Assembly (NCBI GenBank): GCA_963795085.1
Contig: CAWCFX010000006.1
Location: 608,001-672,000, forward strand
Length of the DNA stretch: 64,000 nucleotides
DNA from: an uncultured Gemmatimonadales bacterium
GTDB taxonomy: Bacteria; Gemmatimonadota; Gemmatimonadetes; Gemmatimonadales; GWC2-71-9
Direction: 5' to 3'
Shown: positions 54,689 to 64,000 of the stretch, piece after piece
Numbering within the stretch: the first letter of the stretch is position 1
Layout: each line of letters opens with the position of its first letter
The notes under the pieces: model-generated
Databases searched by the model: none
The model's input: the letters and a program-made list of their open reading frames with translations, nothing else
What the model was told of the DNA's origin: nothing
Made by a program: the position numbers and the translations under genes

Positions 54689-55795
54689 ATGATCGAAAGC
54701 CCTTTCACCCTGGTCCTGAGCGGCGGCGGCATGAAAGGCCTGGCGCACATCGGCGTGCTCCGGGCTCTGCAGGAGCGCGGGCTGGTCCCGTCCCTCGTGG
54801 TGGGTACCAGCATGGGTTCGCTGGTGGGGGCTGTCTGGGCGACGGGCATGACATCGACCGAGATGATCGCCCGGGCCCGGGCCATCAGGAAGCGCGATGT
54901 CTTTCAGATCGCCCACACCGACATGGCCCTGCGCCGGATGCGGGCGCCCGCGGTCTACCGGAAAGAGCCGCTCGACCTGCTGCTCCACAGCCTGGTCGGC
55001 GACATCACTTTCGACCAGCTGAAGCACCCGCTGCTCATCAACACGGTGGATCTGAACACCGGTTCCCAGGTCCTCTGGGGCCGGCCCGGATTCCGGAACG
55101 TGCGGGTGGCGGATGCGGTCTTCGCCTCCTGCGCGCTGCCCGGGATCCTTCCCCCCCGGGAGGTCGGCGGCCGCTACTGCGTGGACGGCGCGGTAGTGGA
55201 TACCCTTCCGGTCATCGCGGCGGCCGGCGCGGCGATGCAGCCGATCGTCGCGGTGGACGTGGGAGGATCGAGCGTTCGCCGGTCGGGCGTGGAGTCGGGC
55301 GGGTTTGCGGCGACCTACATGCGGGGGCTCGAGATCGTGATGCAGTCCCTCACCTCGCGCAGCCTGAGCACCTGGACCGAACCGCCGCTCGCGCTGATCC
55401 GGCCCCGGGTGGACCATATCCCGATGTTCGCCTTCAGCCACACCGAAGAGCTGCTCAACGAAGGCTACCGCGCCGCGAGCGACACCCTCGACCTGCTGGC
55501 CACCAACGGACCCCTGTCGAGCGGAGTGTATCCCCGCACCGGGATGAAGGTCGCGGTGGACCCGGTTCGCTGCGTGGGCTGCGGCATCTGCGTCGCGATG
55601 GCGCCCAAGGTCTTCCGGATGGGCCCGACCGGCAAGGCGGAAGTCATCGCCCCCCGGCAGACCTGGTCACCGGTCGATGGCGCGTACGTCCTGCACTGCC
55701 CCACCGACGCGATCACCGCGAAACCGCTGGAGCGCTCGTCGGGGAAAACTCGGCGGCGATCCGGATCATTTCCGTCGTCACCCGGTCCCAGTTGA
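54689..55795 (+). CDS. Patatin-like phospholipase fused to a C-terminal ferredoxin
   Basis: SGGGMKG oxyanion motif, GTSMG nucleophile, DGA. C-terminal CVGCGIC...P...CPTDAI. Confidence 0.88.
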   Translation: MIESPFTLVLSGGGMKGLAHIGVLRALQERGLVPSLVVGTSMGSLVGAVWATGMTSTEMIARARAIRKRDVFQIAHTDMALRRMRAPAVYRKEPLDLLLHSLVGDITFDQLKHPLLINTVDLNTGSQVLWGRPGFRNVRVADAVFASCALPGILPPREVGGRYCVDGAVVDTLPVIAAAGAAMQPIVAVDVGGSSVRRSGVESGGFAATYMRGLEIVMQSLTSRSLSTWTEPPLALIRPRVDHIPMFAFSHTEELLNEGYRAASDTLDLLATNGPLSSGVYPRTGMKVAVDPVRCVGCGICVAMAPKVFRMGPTGKAEVIAPRQTWSPVDGAYVLHCPTDAITAKPLERSSGKTRRRSGSFPSSPGPS

Positions 55796-56909
55796 AATGG
55801 GTTTCCACCAGCCGGCGGCCCGCCGCCCCCAGTTGGCCCGCCAGGGCTGAGTCGCTCAGCAGGGTATCGACTGCCCGGGCCACGTCGGCGGAATCGGTGG
55901 GATCCGCCAGCAGTCCGGTCTCCCCTTCCCGCACCGCGTCCGGAATCCCGCCACTCCGCCCTCCCACCACCGGCACCCCGCAGGCCGAGGCCTCGACCAG
56001 CGAGATCCCGAATCCCTCGACGCTGCTGTCCGCCACCCGGGAGACGCCCAGGTAGACATCGGCCAGGTTGTAGAACGCGGGAAGATCGTCGTCGGGAACG
56101 CCGGTGAGGATGTGCACCCGGTCCTGGACGCCGAGTTCTCCGGCGAGTTGCTCCAGTTCGGCCTGGTGCCGCCCGCCGCCGATCACCGCATACCGCAGGT
56201 CGGGGTGATCAGGGATCAGCGCCGCCAGGGCGCGAAGCCCGGTATCGATGCCCTTGTGAGCGGTGAGGCGCGCCACCGTCACCATCCAGCGGCCCTCGGG
56301 CAGGCCATACCGGGAGCGTACCTCGGCGGTTTCCACCCCCGGCCGGAAATGGACGGGATCGGTGCCCAGGGGCACCACCCGGACGTGATCGGGATGGATG
56401 GCCACACCGATCTCCCGGCAAACCGAGAGGCAGAGTTCGCGGGTGTAGCGGCTGTTGGCGACGATGACCGAGGCGGGATGAATAAGGGCGCGCGCCACCT
56501 TGCGCTTCAGCGATGACTGGTGCGCCTGGTGCTGCAGGAGCAGCAGGTCGGTCCCATGCACGATGATGCCGTAGGGCACCCCGGTGCGCTCCCGGGCCCA
56601 GTTGGCGGGGTACGCGGCAGGCTTGATATTGCCGCACCAGATGAAGCCGGGAGAGAGGTCGCGGCAGAGCGAGGAGACCCGCCGCGACCAGAGGAGCAGG
56701 CCCTGGATGGTGCGAAGCCGCCGGGCCGGCACGGACACCCGGTCCACCTGGTTGGGCAATTCGCTGTCCCCGCCCTCACTGCCCTCCGATTGACCGGTGG
56801 ACACCACCAGCTGGCCGGCGGGATAATGGCGCGCCAGCTCGCCCATCCAGCGCGAGAGGCCGCCGCCGATCGGCGGAAAGTCGTAGGCCAGGAGCAGGTG
56901 GGGGAACAT
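55713..56909 (-). CDS. Glycosyltransferase family 4 (PimB-like)
   Basis: DFPPIGGG, VARLTAHKG and EGFGISLVEASACG. Confidence 0.9.
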   Translation of the reverse strand: MFPHLLLAYDFPPIGGGLSRWMGELARHYPAGQLVVSTGQSEGSEGGDSELPNQVDRVSVPARRLRTIQGLLLWSRRVSSLCRDLSPGFIWCGNIKPAAYPANWARERTGVPYGIIVHGTDLLLLQHQAHQSSLKRKVARALIHPASVIVANSRYTRELCLSVCREIGVAIHPDHVRVVPLGTDPVHFRPGVETAEVRSRYGLPEGRWMVTVARLTAHKGIDTGLRALAALIPDHPDLRYAVIGGGRHQAELEQLAGELGVQDRVHILTGVPDDDLPAFYNLADVYLGVSRVADSSVEGFGISLVEASACGVPVVGGRSGGIPDAVREGETGLLADPTDSADVARAVDTLLSDSALAGQLGAAGRRLVETHFNWDRVTTEMIRIAAEFSPTSAPAVSR

Positions 56910-56930
56910 GGGTCTCCCGGAGCGTGAAGG

Positions 56931-58016
56931 TCAGGTCCCGCCGAGCAGTTCCTGGTACAGCCGCGCGGTACGGTCGATGGTGCGGTCCAGGGAAAACCGC
57001 TCCCGGGCGGTGCGGCGCGCCGCCTGGCCCAGCCGCCCGGCCAGCGCCGGGTCGAACGCCAGCCGGGTGATGGCCGCACCCCAGGCGGCGGGATCGCCGG
57101 GCGGCACCAGCAGGCCATCGGTCCCGTCCGTCACGACCTCGAGGTTGCCGGTGGCGGCCGACGCCGCCACGGCTTTCCCCAGCGCCATCGCCTCCAGCAG
57201 GGCCTGGCTCAAGCCTTCCATCCGGGATGGGAGCAGGACCACGTCCAGCAGATCGTAGAGGGGGCGCACGTCGGAGTCAAAGGGGACGAACGTCACCGTG
57301 TGCCGAGCCGGCGCCTGGGCCGCGGCCTCGGCCATCCCGCCTTCCGCCGCCACGCCGGCCAGCACGAGGTGCAATGGCCCGGCCACCGAATCGAGCGCCC
57401 GGATCACGACGGCCTGGTCCTTTTTCCGGGCCACGATCCCGACCACCGGGCGGCCGGGTCGCCAGCCGATACGCTCTCTCCAGCGCTCGAGATCCCCGGC
57501 GGAAACGGCTCGGTCGACCCGCTCGGTAACCAGGCCGTTGTGAATCACCACCACTTTCCGGCGCGGAGTTCCCTTCCTCACCAATCCGTCCGCCACCGCC
57601 TGGCTCACCGCGATGACCCGGGCCGCGACCCGGCTGGCGATCCAGTTCTCGAGGAAAAACGTCAGGGGCATCTGCCGGCGGGTGAATACCGCGGGCACCG
57701 GGAGCCGGCGGGTGAGGCCCAGCCAGGTGAGCGCCTGCCGGTCCCGGGCACTCTGGGAGTTGACCAGTTGCGGGCGCTCACGGGCGATGACCTCGGCCAG
57801 GACCGCCGCGTTCCGGACCCGTTCCCGGGGAAGCAAGCTGGCCGGAACCACCTGCAGCCCGGCCGATCGGGCGCCGGCTTCGACGTCAGACCCGGGCGGA
57901 CACACAAACGTGATCGCCAGCCCGCGCCGGGCCAGGCCGATGCTGAGGTGCAGGGTCGACGTCACCGAGCCGGCTCCGCCGCCCTGGTGCAGCACCTGCA
58001 TGATGCGCATCGTCAC
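56931..58016 (-). CDS. Glycosyltransferase family 4
   Basis: IHNG and PSRMEGLSQALLEAMA. Confidence 0.9.
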   Translation of the reverse strand: MTMRIMQVLHQGGGAGSVTSTLHLSIGLARRGLAITFVCPPGSDVEAGARSAGLQVVPASLLPRERVRNAAVLAEVIARERPQLVNSQSARDRQALTWLGLTRRLPVPAVFTRRQMPLTFFLENWIASRVAARVIAVSQAVADGLVRKGTPRRKVVVIHNGLVTERVDRAVSAGDLERWRERIGWRPGRPVVGIVARKKDQAVVIRALDSVAGPLHLVLAGVAAEGGMAEAAAQAPARHTVTFVPFDSDVRPLYDLLDVVLLPSRMEGLSQALLEAMALGKAVAASAATGNLEVVTDGTDGLLVPPGDPAAWGAAITRLAFDPALAGRLGQAARRTARERFSLDRTIDRTARLYQELLGGT

Positions 58017-59107
58017 CGGGTCCGCACCAGGTCCAGGAAGAGATCCTCGTAGTCCGAGATACTGCGTTCTTCGGAGAAGCGCTCGACGCAGCGAGCGCGG
58101 GCCATCTCGCCCAGCCGGCTCCGGCGGGCTTCGTCCGGCAGCAGCGCATCCAGGGCGGCCGCGAAGGCCGGGGGATCATTGGGCGGCACCAGGACGCCCG
58201 TCTCCCCCAGCACGTCGCCGAGCGCGCCGGCCGCCACGGCCACTACCGGCCGGCCGCAGGCCATCGCCTCGGCTACGCTCCGGCCGAAAGTTTCGACCGG
58301 GCCGGCATGCACGACGACGGTCGCGGCGTTGTAGCCCGCTGCCATTTCATCGTGGTCCAGGAAGCCGATGAACCGGACCGGCGCGCCGAGCCGCTCCGCC
58401 TGGGCGCGGAGCGCCGGCTCGTCCACCCCGGTCCCGGCGATCACCAGTGGAGAGCGATGTTGCAACGCGGCCACCGCGTCGATCAGCACGTCGAACCGCT
58501 TATCGGGAAAGAGCGCACCGGAGGCCAGCAGCAGGGGCCCATCGCCCAGGCCCTGCCGGCGGCGGAAGGCCGCGCCGGCGGACGGGTCGGGCTGAAAACG
58601 CGTGACGTCCACGCCATTCCAGATGATCCGGTACGGCACCCGTCCCATGAACGGAACCCGGAGCAGCGTCCGCTCGGCCCACCCGGGCGTAAGGAAGATG
58701 GTGGCCGCGACCCGCTGGTAGGCGAGGCGGGTCACCAGGTCGGCGGGGGGACGCTCCCGGCGCACGTTGAAGCGATATACCAGGGGAATCGGGCGGTCGA
58801 CCGAGGCCAGCGCCGCGACCCGGAGATCCCGCGGCCGGTCGGCCAGGACCGCCTGGACCCGGTGCGTCCGCAAAACCCGGCGAAGCGCCATCGTCTCCAG
58901 CCACCCGGTGTTCTTCGACGGCACCAGCTCGGCCGGAATGTTCAGCGCGGTGACGGCGGCGGCGATTTCCGGCTCGCCCACCAGCAGGCGGATATCGTGT
59001 CCCCGGCGGCGGAGCCCGGCGGCGATACTGGTGAGGCTGACCGTCGATCCACGCCAGCTGCGGGCCGAGGTCAGGAGCGCAACCCGGAGGGCAGGCCGGG
59101 CGGTCAT
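58013..59107 (-). CDS. Glycosyltransferase family 4
   Basis: IWNGVD and ETFGRSVAEAMACG. ATG 59107 overlaps the upstream TGA. Confidence 0.9.
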   Translation of the reverse strand: MTARPALRVALLTSARSWRGSTVSLTSIAAGLRRRGHDIRLLVGEPEIAAAVTALNIPAELVPSKNTGWLETMALRRVLRTHRVQAVLADRPRDLRVAALASVDRPIPLVYRFNVRRERPPADLVTRLAYQRVAATIFLTPGWAERTLLRVPFMGRVPYRIIWNGVDVTRFQPDPSAGAAFRRRQGLGDGPLLLASGALFPDKRFDVLIDAVAALQHRSPLVIAGTGVDEPALRAQAERLGAPVRFIGFLDHDEMAAGYNAATVVVHAGPVETFGRSVAEAMACGRPVVAVAAGALGDVLGETGVLVPPNDPPAFAAALDALLPDEARRSRLGEMARARCVERFSEERSISDYEDLFLDLVRTR

Positions 59108-59862
59108 GTCGAAGCCCGGGTGCGCTCCAGGGCCCAGAGATGCGCGTACTTGAGGAAGGTACCGTACGCGCCGAGCATCGACGTCGCGAGTCCGAACTTG
59201 CCATCCCACACGTTGCCCTGCAGCAGGTAGGCCCGGAGGAACCGACCGAAGGGCCGACCGGCCAGGTCCCACGGGGTCGCATGGGCGCCCTTGTCGAAGA
59301 GGTCGAGTGCGCCCCAGCGGGCGTAGCGTTCCATCTTTTCCAGCTGGTGGGACAGGTCGCGATAGGGCACATGGACCAGGTGCCCCTGAAGAAACCCGGG
59401 GTTGGCGACCGCCTCCAGGTTTTCGTGGACTCGCCGTTCCACGTACCGGCGCTCGCGGGGGAAGAGGCGGGTCACCCAGTCGCGGCCCCAGTGTCCCCGG
59501 GTCAGTTCGTGGCCGAGGTAGAAGTTTCTGCGCCGGATGCGATAGGCCGGGTGGGACGGGGCGGCGAGCACCCGCGCCAGTTCGTCCCGCAACGGGTCGC
59601 TCACTCGCTCATCGGCGTCCACCGCCAGCACCCACGCATGGCGGGCGACCGCGATGGCCGCGTTCCGCTGGGCGGCGATGGTCGGCCCGGTTTCTTCCAG
59701 GACCCGGGCGCCGGCCCGGCCGGCGCGGGCCACCGTGTCGTCGGCGGATCCGCCGTCGGCCACGATGACCTCCCCCGCCCAGCCCAGTCCGCCGACCAGC
59801 TCTTCGATCTGGTTCGCTTCGTTGAGGGTGGGGATCACCACCGTGACGGGGACGGCGCGCAT
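59104..59862 (-). CDS. Glycosyltransferase family 2 (WaaE/KdtX-like)
   Basis: VVIPTLNE, DGGSAD, QRN, VDADE, VHE and GNVWDGKFG. Confidence 0.9.
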   Translation of the reverse strand: MRAVPVTVVIPTLNEANQIEELVGGLGWAGEVIVADGGSADDTVARAGRAGARVLEETGPTIAAQRNAAIAVARHAWVLAVDADERVSDPLRDELARVLAAPSHPAYRIRRRNFYLGHELTRGHWGRDWVTRLFPRERRYVERRVHENLEAVANPGFLQGHLVHVPYRDLSHQLEKMERYARWGALDLFDKGAHATPWDLAGRPFGRFLRAYLLQGNVWDGKFGLATSMLGAYGTFLKYAHLWALERTRAST

Positions 59863-61376
59863 CAGCGAGCCAACCGGCGGGTCCGCTGCACCAGGACGTC
59901 GGCAATCGCGACGGCGCTCAGCAGCGCGAACACGAACATGTGGACCAGGTGGCGACCAAAGGCGGTGCGGATGATCCGGAGCGAGCCGCGGTAGGGATGG
60001 CCGGTGGACACATGGACCACGTAGATACCCACGATAGCCAGCCATCCGAGGACGGCGATCCAGGTGTACAGCCGCGCATCCGGCCCCAGCGCTTCCCGGG
60101 ACCGCCAGAGCCACAGCGAGAGGATGAGCCACAACGGGACAAACATCCCGAACCCGTAGTGCGAGAGCATCTGGCCCTGCATTCCGTAGAACATCGTCAG
60201 GTAGGTGCCCGGGGTAATCCGGGTGGAGTCGGCGGCCGGGTCCGCCGCAGGGGCCTCCTGGACCGCCAGGGGAGCCGTGGGGGCCGGCGCCGCCAGCGCG
60301 CCGATCTGGACGTCGAAGACCGCCGGGACCTGTAGTGATGGGGGGCGGACGCTCCACAGGCCGAAACCGGCGGCGGCGCCGAGCAGGGCGGCGTAGAGCC
60401 GGGGGTCCCGGCGCCGGGGCAGGAACCACCAGATCGCCGCGGTGGCGATGACGATGAGAGCTCCGCCATCCCGCTTGATCAACTCGGCTGCCGCGCCGGC
60501 GACCACGGCGAACGCCACCGCCTGCCACCGGCTGGCCACCAGGCCGGGGTCGGTGGCGAGGAACAGCCCGACCGCGATCGCGATCATCACCGGGACATCC
60601 GCGTAGTTGCTCACGGCGCCCTGGTAAACCCGCACCGTCATGAAGAACCAGAGGACGCCCCACGGCGCCAGCGTCGGCGCGACCAGCCGGAGGACCCGGT
60701 ACAGAACGAAACCAAAGGCGCCCACCAGGAGAAACGGCAGCAGCCTCCCCTCGATGGTGCCGTTGGTATGCCCGAGCCAGAGGAGTACCGAGTGGAGCGG
60801 CGGGCGGCCTGGATCGAGGCAGTCGAAGATGCCCTGGAGTCCGCCGGTCGCGTCAAAGGCGACGGCGCGGCAGGCCCAGATGTCCTTGGTGTCGGTCCAA
60901 TGATACGGAAAGAACAGGTGGGGAAGCTGCAGCAGCCAGAAGGCCAGCGCACCCCCGAGCGCGGGATGGCGCCAGGCGCGATCCAGCCCGGGCCGTGGCG
61001 CATCGTCCGCAGCCCTTCGCTGCCGCACCACCGCGCCGCCCAGAAACAAGACCAGCAGGAGCGCCCAGGAGACTCCGTGCTCAAAGAAGCCGGCGAGGTA
61101 AACCCAGACCATCTGCCCGATCGCGAGGGTCCAGGCCAGGGCCAGGAAGTGCACCGCCCAGGCTGCCCACCGGAAACCTCCCCGCGGCAACCACCACCAC
61201 GCCGTGATGGCCAGCAAGGCGGAAAGCACGAGTTCTTCCAGCAACCCACCGCTCCATTCCCAGGGGCGGGCGCCAAAGCGCAGGCCTTCCTGGTACATCA
61301 CGCCGATCCGCCAGAGCCCGGTCCCGGCCTGTACCGCCGTGAGGATGCCGAGCACTATAAGAATGGGACGCTTCAT
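59862..61376 (-). CDS. Polytopic membrane protein, possibly GT-C fold
   Basis: More than 10 hydrophobic segments, WTDTKDIW, RPPLH, YADVP and IKRDG. Confidence 0.6.
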   Translation of the reverse strand: MKRPILIVLGILTAVQAGTGLWRIGVMYQEGLRFGARPWEWSGGLLEELVLSALLAITAWWWLPRGGFRWAAWAVHFLALAWTLAIGQMVWVYLAGFFEHGVSWALLLVLFLGGAVVRQRRAADDAPRPGLDRAWRHPALGGALAFWLLQLPHLFFPYHWTDTKDIWACRAVAFDATGGLQGIFDCLDPGRPPLHSVLLWLGHTNGTIEGRLLPFLLVGAFGFVLYRVLRLVAPTLAPWGVLWFFMTVRVYQGAVSNYADVPVMIAIAVGLFLATDPGLVASRWQAVAFAVVAGAAAELIKRDGGALIVIATAAIWWFLPRRRDPRLYAALLGAAAGFGLWSVRPPSLQVPAVFDVQIGALAAPAPTAPLAVQEAPAADPAADSTRITPGTYLTMFYGMQGQMLSHYGFGMFVPLWLILSLWLWRSREALGPDARLYTWIAVLGWLAIVGIYVVHVSTGHPYRGSLRIIRTAFGRHLVHMFVFALLSAVAIADVLVQRTRRLAR

Positions 61377-62056
61377 GCTGCCCGCTTTCGAGCGATCAGG
61401 ACCAGCGTGCGGCCCAGCAACAGGGCCGGCGACAGCATGTGGGCGGCAATGTCCCGGTTGGCCGCGCGTTGTTCCGCGTCGGGCTCCCGCCGCAGCGCCA
61501 GGTGGGTCTCCGCCCAGATCTTGGGCCAGGCCCAGAAATGCACCGCCGCGTGCCGGCGGAGCCGGTCGGTCGTGACCTCGTCGATCACCAGGCCCGCGGA
61601 GCGGAGGACGTAGCGCAGCTCATAATAGGTGAGCAGGTGAATATGGTCGTGAACCGGCGCCCGGGTGTGCTCCTTCATCGGGCGGGGCGCCAGCGGAAAG
61701 AAGCCGGTCCAGAAATACTGCCAGCGGGCGGCCAGGCTGAGAATATTGGGCGTGGTCACCAGCAGCCGCCCGCCCGGAGCCAGGACCCGGGCGCACTCCC
61801 GGGCAAACCGGAACTGGTCTTCCAGGTGCTCGACTGTCTCCAGGCAGGTGACAAGGTCGAAGCTTTGATCGGGAAAGGGAAGCGCCTTGGCGATGTCGGC
61901 AGCGGTGAATGGAATATGGCCGGCCTGGAACTGGCCGGGCAGGAGATCGCAGGCGGCGACCTCGAATCCCATCGCCTGGAGCCGTACCGCCAGGGCCCCG
62001 CTGCCGGCCCCCAGGTCCAGCAGCCGGCCGCGAGGCCAGCGCGCGGCCAGCTCCAA
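61373..62056 (-). CDS. Class I SAM-dependent methyltransferase
   Basis: LLDLGAGSG, LPFPDQSFD, ETVEHL and RVLAPGG..TTPN. Start uncertain. Confidence 0.9.
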   Translation of the reverse strand: MELAARWPRGRLLDLGAGSGALAVRLQAMGFEVAACDLLPGQFQAGHIPFTAADIAKALPFPDQSFDLVTCLETVEHLEDQFRFARECARVLAPGGRLLVTTPNILSLAARWQYFWTGFFPLAPRPMKEHTRAPVHDHIHLLTYYELRYVLRSAGLVIDEVTTDRLRRHAAVHFWAWPKIWAETHLALRREPDAEQRAANRDIAAHMLSPALLLGRTLVLIARKRAA

Positions 62057-62096
62057 TACCCGCTGGTGAGTGCGGGGGCAGGCGATGACCCGGAGA

Positions 62097-62960
62097 TCAG
62101 ACGAGCTTGTAATTGCGAAACTCGAAGACGCGGGCGCCGGTCAGGCGCTCAATGACGTCCGACGCGTAGAATCGCAGGTGCTCCATCTGGAACCGGGGAG
62201 GTTCCACCCGCCGCTCCGGATCATGGGCGCGGGCGGCGACCCACGCTTGCGCGGCGGCCGGATGAGCACCCCGAAACGGCTTCAGGCCGGGGAACCAGGG
62301 CAGCAGCGGCCGCCGCGCCTCGCTCTCCCGGGACCAGGGGTACAGCGTCTTGTTCACCTCCCGCTTGGCCCGCAACGCCTGCGCCGGCCGCGCCCACCCA
62401 TAGTGAAACATCTCGGCGCCCGTCAGCCGGGCCCGGATCTTTCGATACTCGGGGCCGACCCGGAATCCCTGGGCGCCCTGGTACGGCCGGATGTCCAGCG
62501 CGGGGTCGAGGCGCACGGCCCGCACCTCCCGCCGGTACCAGCGGCGGTTCACCGCGATGGTGCCGAGATCACCATAGAAGTGAAGGTACTTGACCAGCAG
62601 GCCTTCGACTTGCGGATCGGCGTCGTGCCCGGCGATGGCCTGCGCCAGGGCCTCGGCGCCCCGCTCGTGCAGGACCTCGTCGGCCTGGATGTATATCCCC
62701 CAGGGGTTCCGGCATGCCCGCATCGCCCGCAGGGTCTCATCGCCAAGGACCTTGTTCTTGATGGTCATGTCCCATTCGGTCTCCAGGATCCGGATCCTGG
62801 GATCGCCGATGGCGCGGACCAGCGCCAGCGTCTCGTCCTCCGACTTGCCGACGTTGACGATCACCTCGTCACAGACAGGCAGGATAGACCGGATGCTGGC
62901 TTCCAGCGGGAAGTCCAGCTTGATCGCGTTGCGGACGATGGTGAAGCCCGAGATCGGCAT
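62097..62960 (-). CDS. Glycosyltransferase family 2
   Basis: ISGFTIVRNA, SEDET, IQADE, YLHFYG and HYGWAR. Confidence 0.85.
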   Translation of the reverse strand: MPISGFTIVRNAIKLDFPLEASIRSILPVCDEVIVNVGKSEDETLALVRAIGDPRIRILETEWDMTIKNKVLGDETLRAMRACRNPWGIYIQADEVLHERGAEALAQAIAGHDADPQVEGLLVKYLHFYGDLGTIAVNRRWYRREVRAVRLDPALDIRPYQGAQGFRVGPEYRKIRARLTGAEMFHYGWARPAQALRAKREVNKTLYPWSRESEARRPLLPWFPGLKPFRGAHPAAAQAWVAARAHDPERRVEPPRFQMEHLRFYASDVIERLTGARVFEFRNYKLV

Positions 62961-63117
62961 GGGGTGCTGGTTGAAGGATCGTGGTGGCCGATGGCGCATG
63001 GCCGCCGACAGAGGGAAAGGCGGATGACCGTCTTGCTAAAAATCATCCCCCGCCCCCCTCAGCCGCAACCCGAGGCTCCTACCCCCACCGGGGACGCGGC
63101 GATACATTCCCGCCCGC

Positions 63118-64000
63118 ATGCACGTCACTCTCTACTTCCACGACAAGCTCCCCATCAAGGGCTACGGGGGAACCCAGCGCGTGGTCGTCTGGCTGGCCCG
63201 GGGACTGGCGCAACTGGGCCACCAGGTCACCCTGATCGCCGGACCCGGCTCCCGGGTGCCGGAGGCCACGCTGGTCCCGGTGGACCTCAAGCGGGCGCGG
63301 ATGCCCGGCTTCGACCTTTCGCCGTACCTGCCGCGGGGCGTGGACATCGTGCATTCCTTCGCGCCCCTGGTCCAGCGGCCCGCCGCGGTGCCCTGTCTGG
63401 TCACCCAGGAAGGCAACTCCAAGGCCGGCAAGGAACCCTCGCCGGAGACCATCTTCGTCAGCGCCAATCACGCCGAACGAAACGGGCGCACCGCGTTCGT
63501 CTACAACGGCATCGACCCTGCCGAGTTCGTATTTCAGCCGGTGAAGCAGGACTATGATTTTTTCCTGGGACGGCTGCACAAGGAAAAGGGGTACCACCTG
63601 GCGATCGAAGCGGCGTTGCGGACCGGCCGCAAGCTGGTGATCGCCGGGGGCTGGCGCCCCAGTTTCCGCCGGGTGGTGAAGTTCGTCGGCGAAGTCGACG
63701 GGGCCGAAAAGGCGCAATGGCTGGCGGAGGCCCGTTGCCTCTGGATGCCCGCCCTCTGGGACGAGCCCTTCGGCCTGACCCTGGCGGAGGCCCTGATGAG
63801 CGGCACCCCGGTGATCGGCACCCGGCGCGGCTCGCTCCCCGAGATCATCTCGTCCGATGTGGGAGGCCTGGGCGACGACCTCGATGAACTGGCCGCGATC
63901 GCGGAGCGGATCCAGGAGGTGGACCCCGCCGCCTGCCGGGCCCGGGCCGAGAAATACTTTTCCCACCTCGTCATGGCGGAGGAGTACGTCCGGTACTACC
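63118..64000 (+). CDS. Glycosyltransferase family 4, 3'-truncated by window edge (absent from the ORF track)
   Basis: My translation from ATG 63118: MHVTLYFHDKLPIKGYGGTQRVV...VYNGID...FLGRLHKEKG...WDEPFGLTLAEALMSGTPV, with no stop before 64000. Confidence 0.9.
   Translation, partial: MHVTLYFHDKLPIKGYGGTQRVVVWLARGLAQLGHQVTLIAGPGSRVPEATLVPVDLKRARMPGFDLSPYLPRGVDIVHSFAPLVQRPAAVPCLVTQEGNSKAGKEPSPETIFVSANHAERNGRTAFVYNGIDPAEFVFQPVKQDYDFFLGRLHKEKGYHLAIEAALRTGRKLVIAGGWRPSFRRVVKFVGEVDGAEKAQWLAEARCLWMPALWDEPFGLTLAEALMSGTPVIGTRRGSLPEIISSDVGGLGDDLDELAAIAERIQEVDPAACRARAEKYFSHLVMAEEYVRYY

Noticed and set aside
1..64000. Mobile elements, prophage, rRNA or tRNA genes
   Set aside because: No transposase, integrase, phage structural gene, terminal inverted repeats or RNA-gene signatures were recognised.

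Overview
GC-rich bacterial chromosome segment. The gene content and protein style suggest Gemmatimonadota (inference only). Positions 1-35.1 kb hold a large cell-surface polysaccharide locus of the PEP-CTERM/exosortase-A-associated type: AsnB-like amidotransferase, nucleotide-sugar dehydrogenase, Wzx flippase, O-antigen ligase/Wzy-like protein, GT4 and GT-C glycosyltransferases, three polysaccharide deacetylases, three sulfotransferases, a FemAB-like protein and a DegT aminotransferase. The same locus has a PEP-CTERM protein, three secreted paralogues sharing an uncharacterised ~235-aa lyase-like domain, two paralogous membrane proteins, a lipoprotein and an Oar-like TonB-dependent receptor. 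Four minus-strand sigma54 (-24/-12) promoter matches occur in it, and three have a shared upstream 18-bp motif (TGTGGCRNYGNCNCRRCA). A sigma54-dependent two-component system lies next door (36.5-39.2 kb), followed by a beta-helix/Omp85-like gene and a DUF4390-like gene. Then come an HNH nuclease with a structured 3' intergenic element, a divergent ArgR, an amidohydrolase, tandem PBP1A genes, tyrS, a DUF853 ATPase, a patatin-ferredoxin fusion and a second glycosyltransferase cluster running off the right edge. I recognised no rRNA, tRNA, CRISPR array, transposase, integrase or exosortase gene. All calls come from reading motifs by eye, not from database searches.
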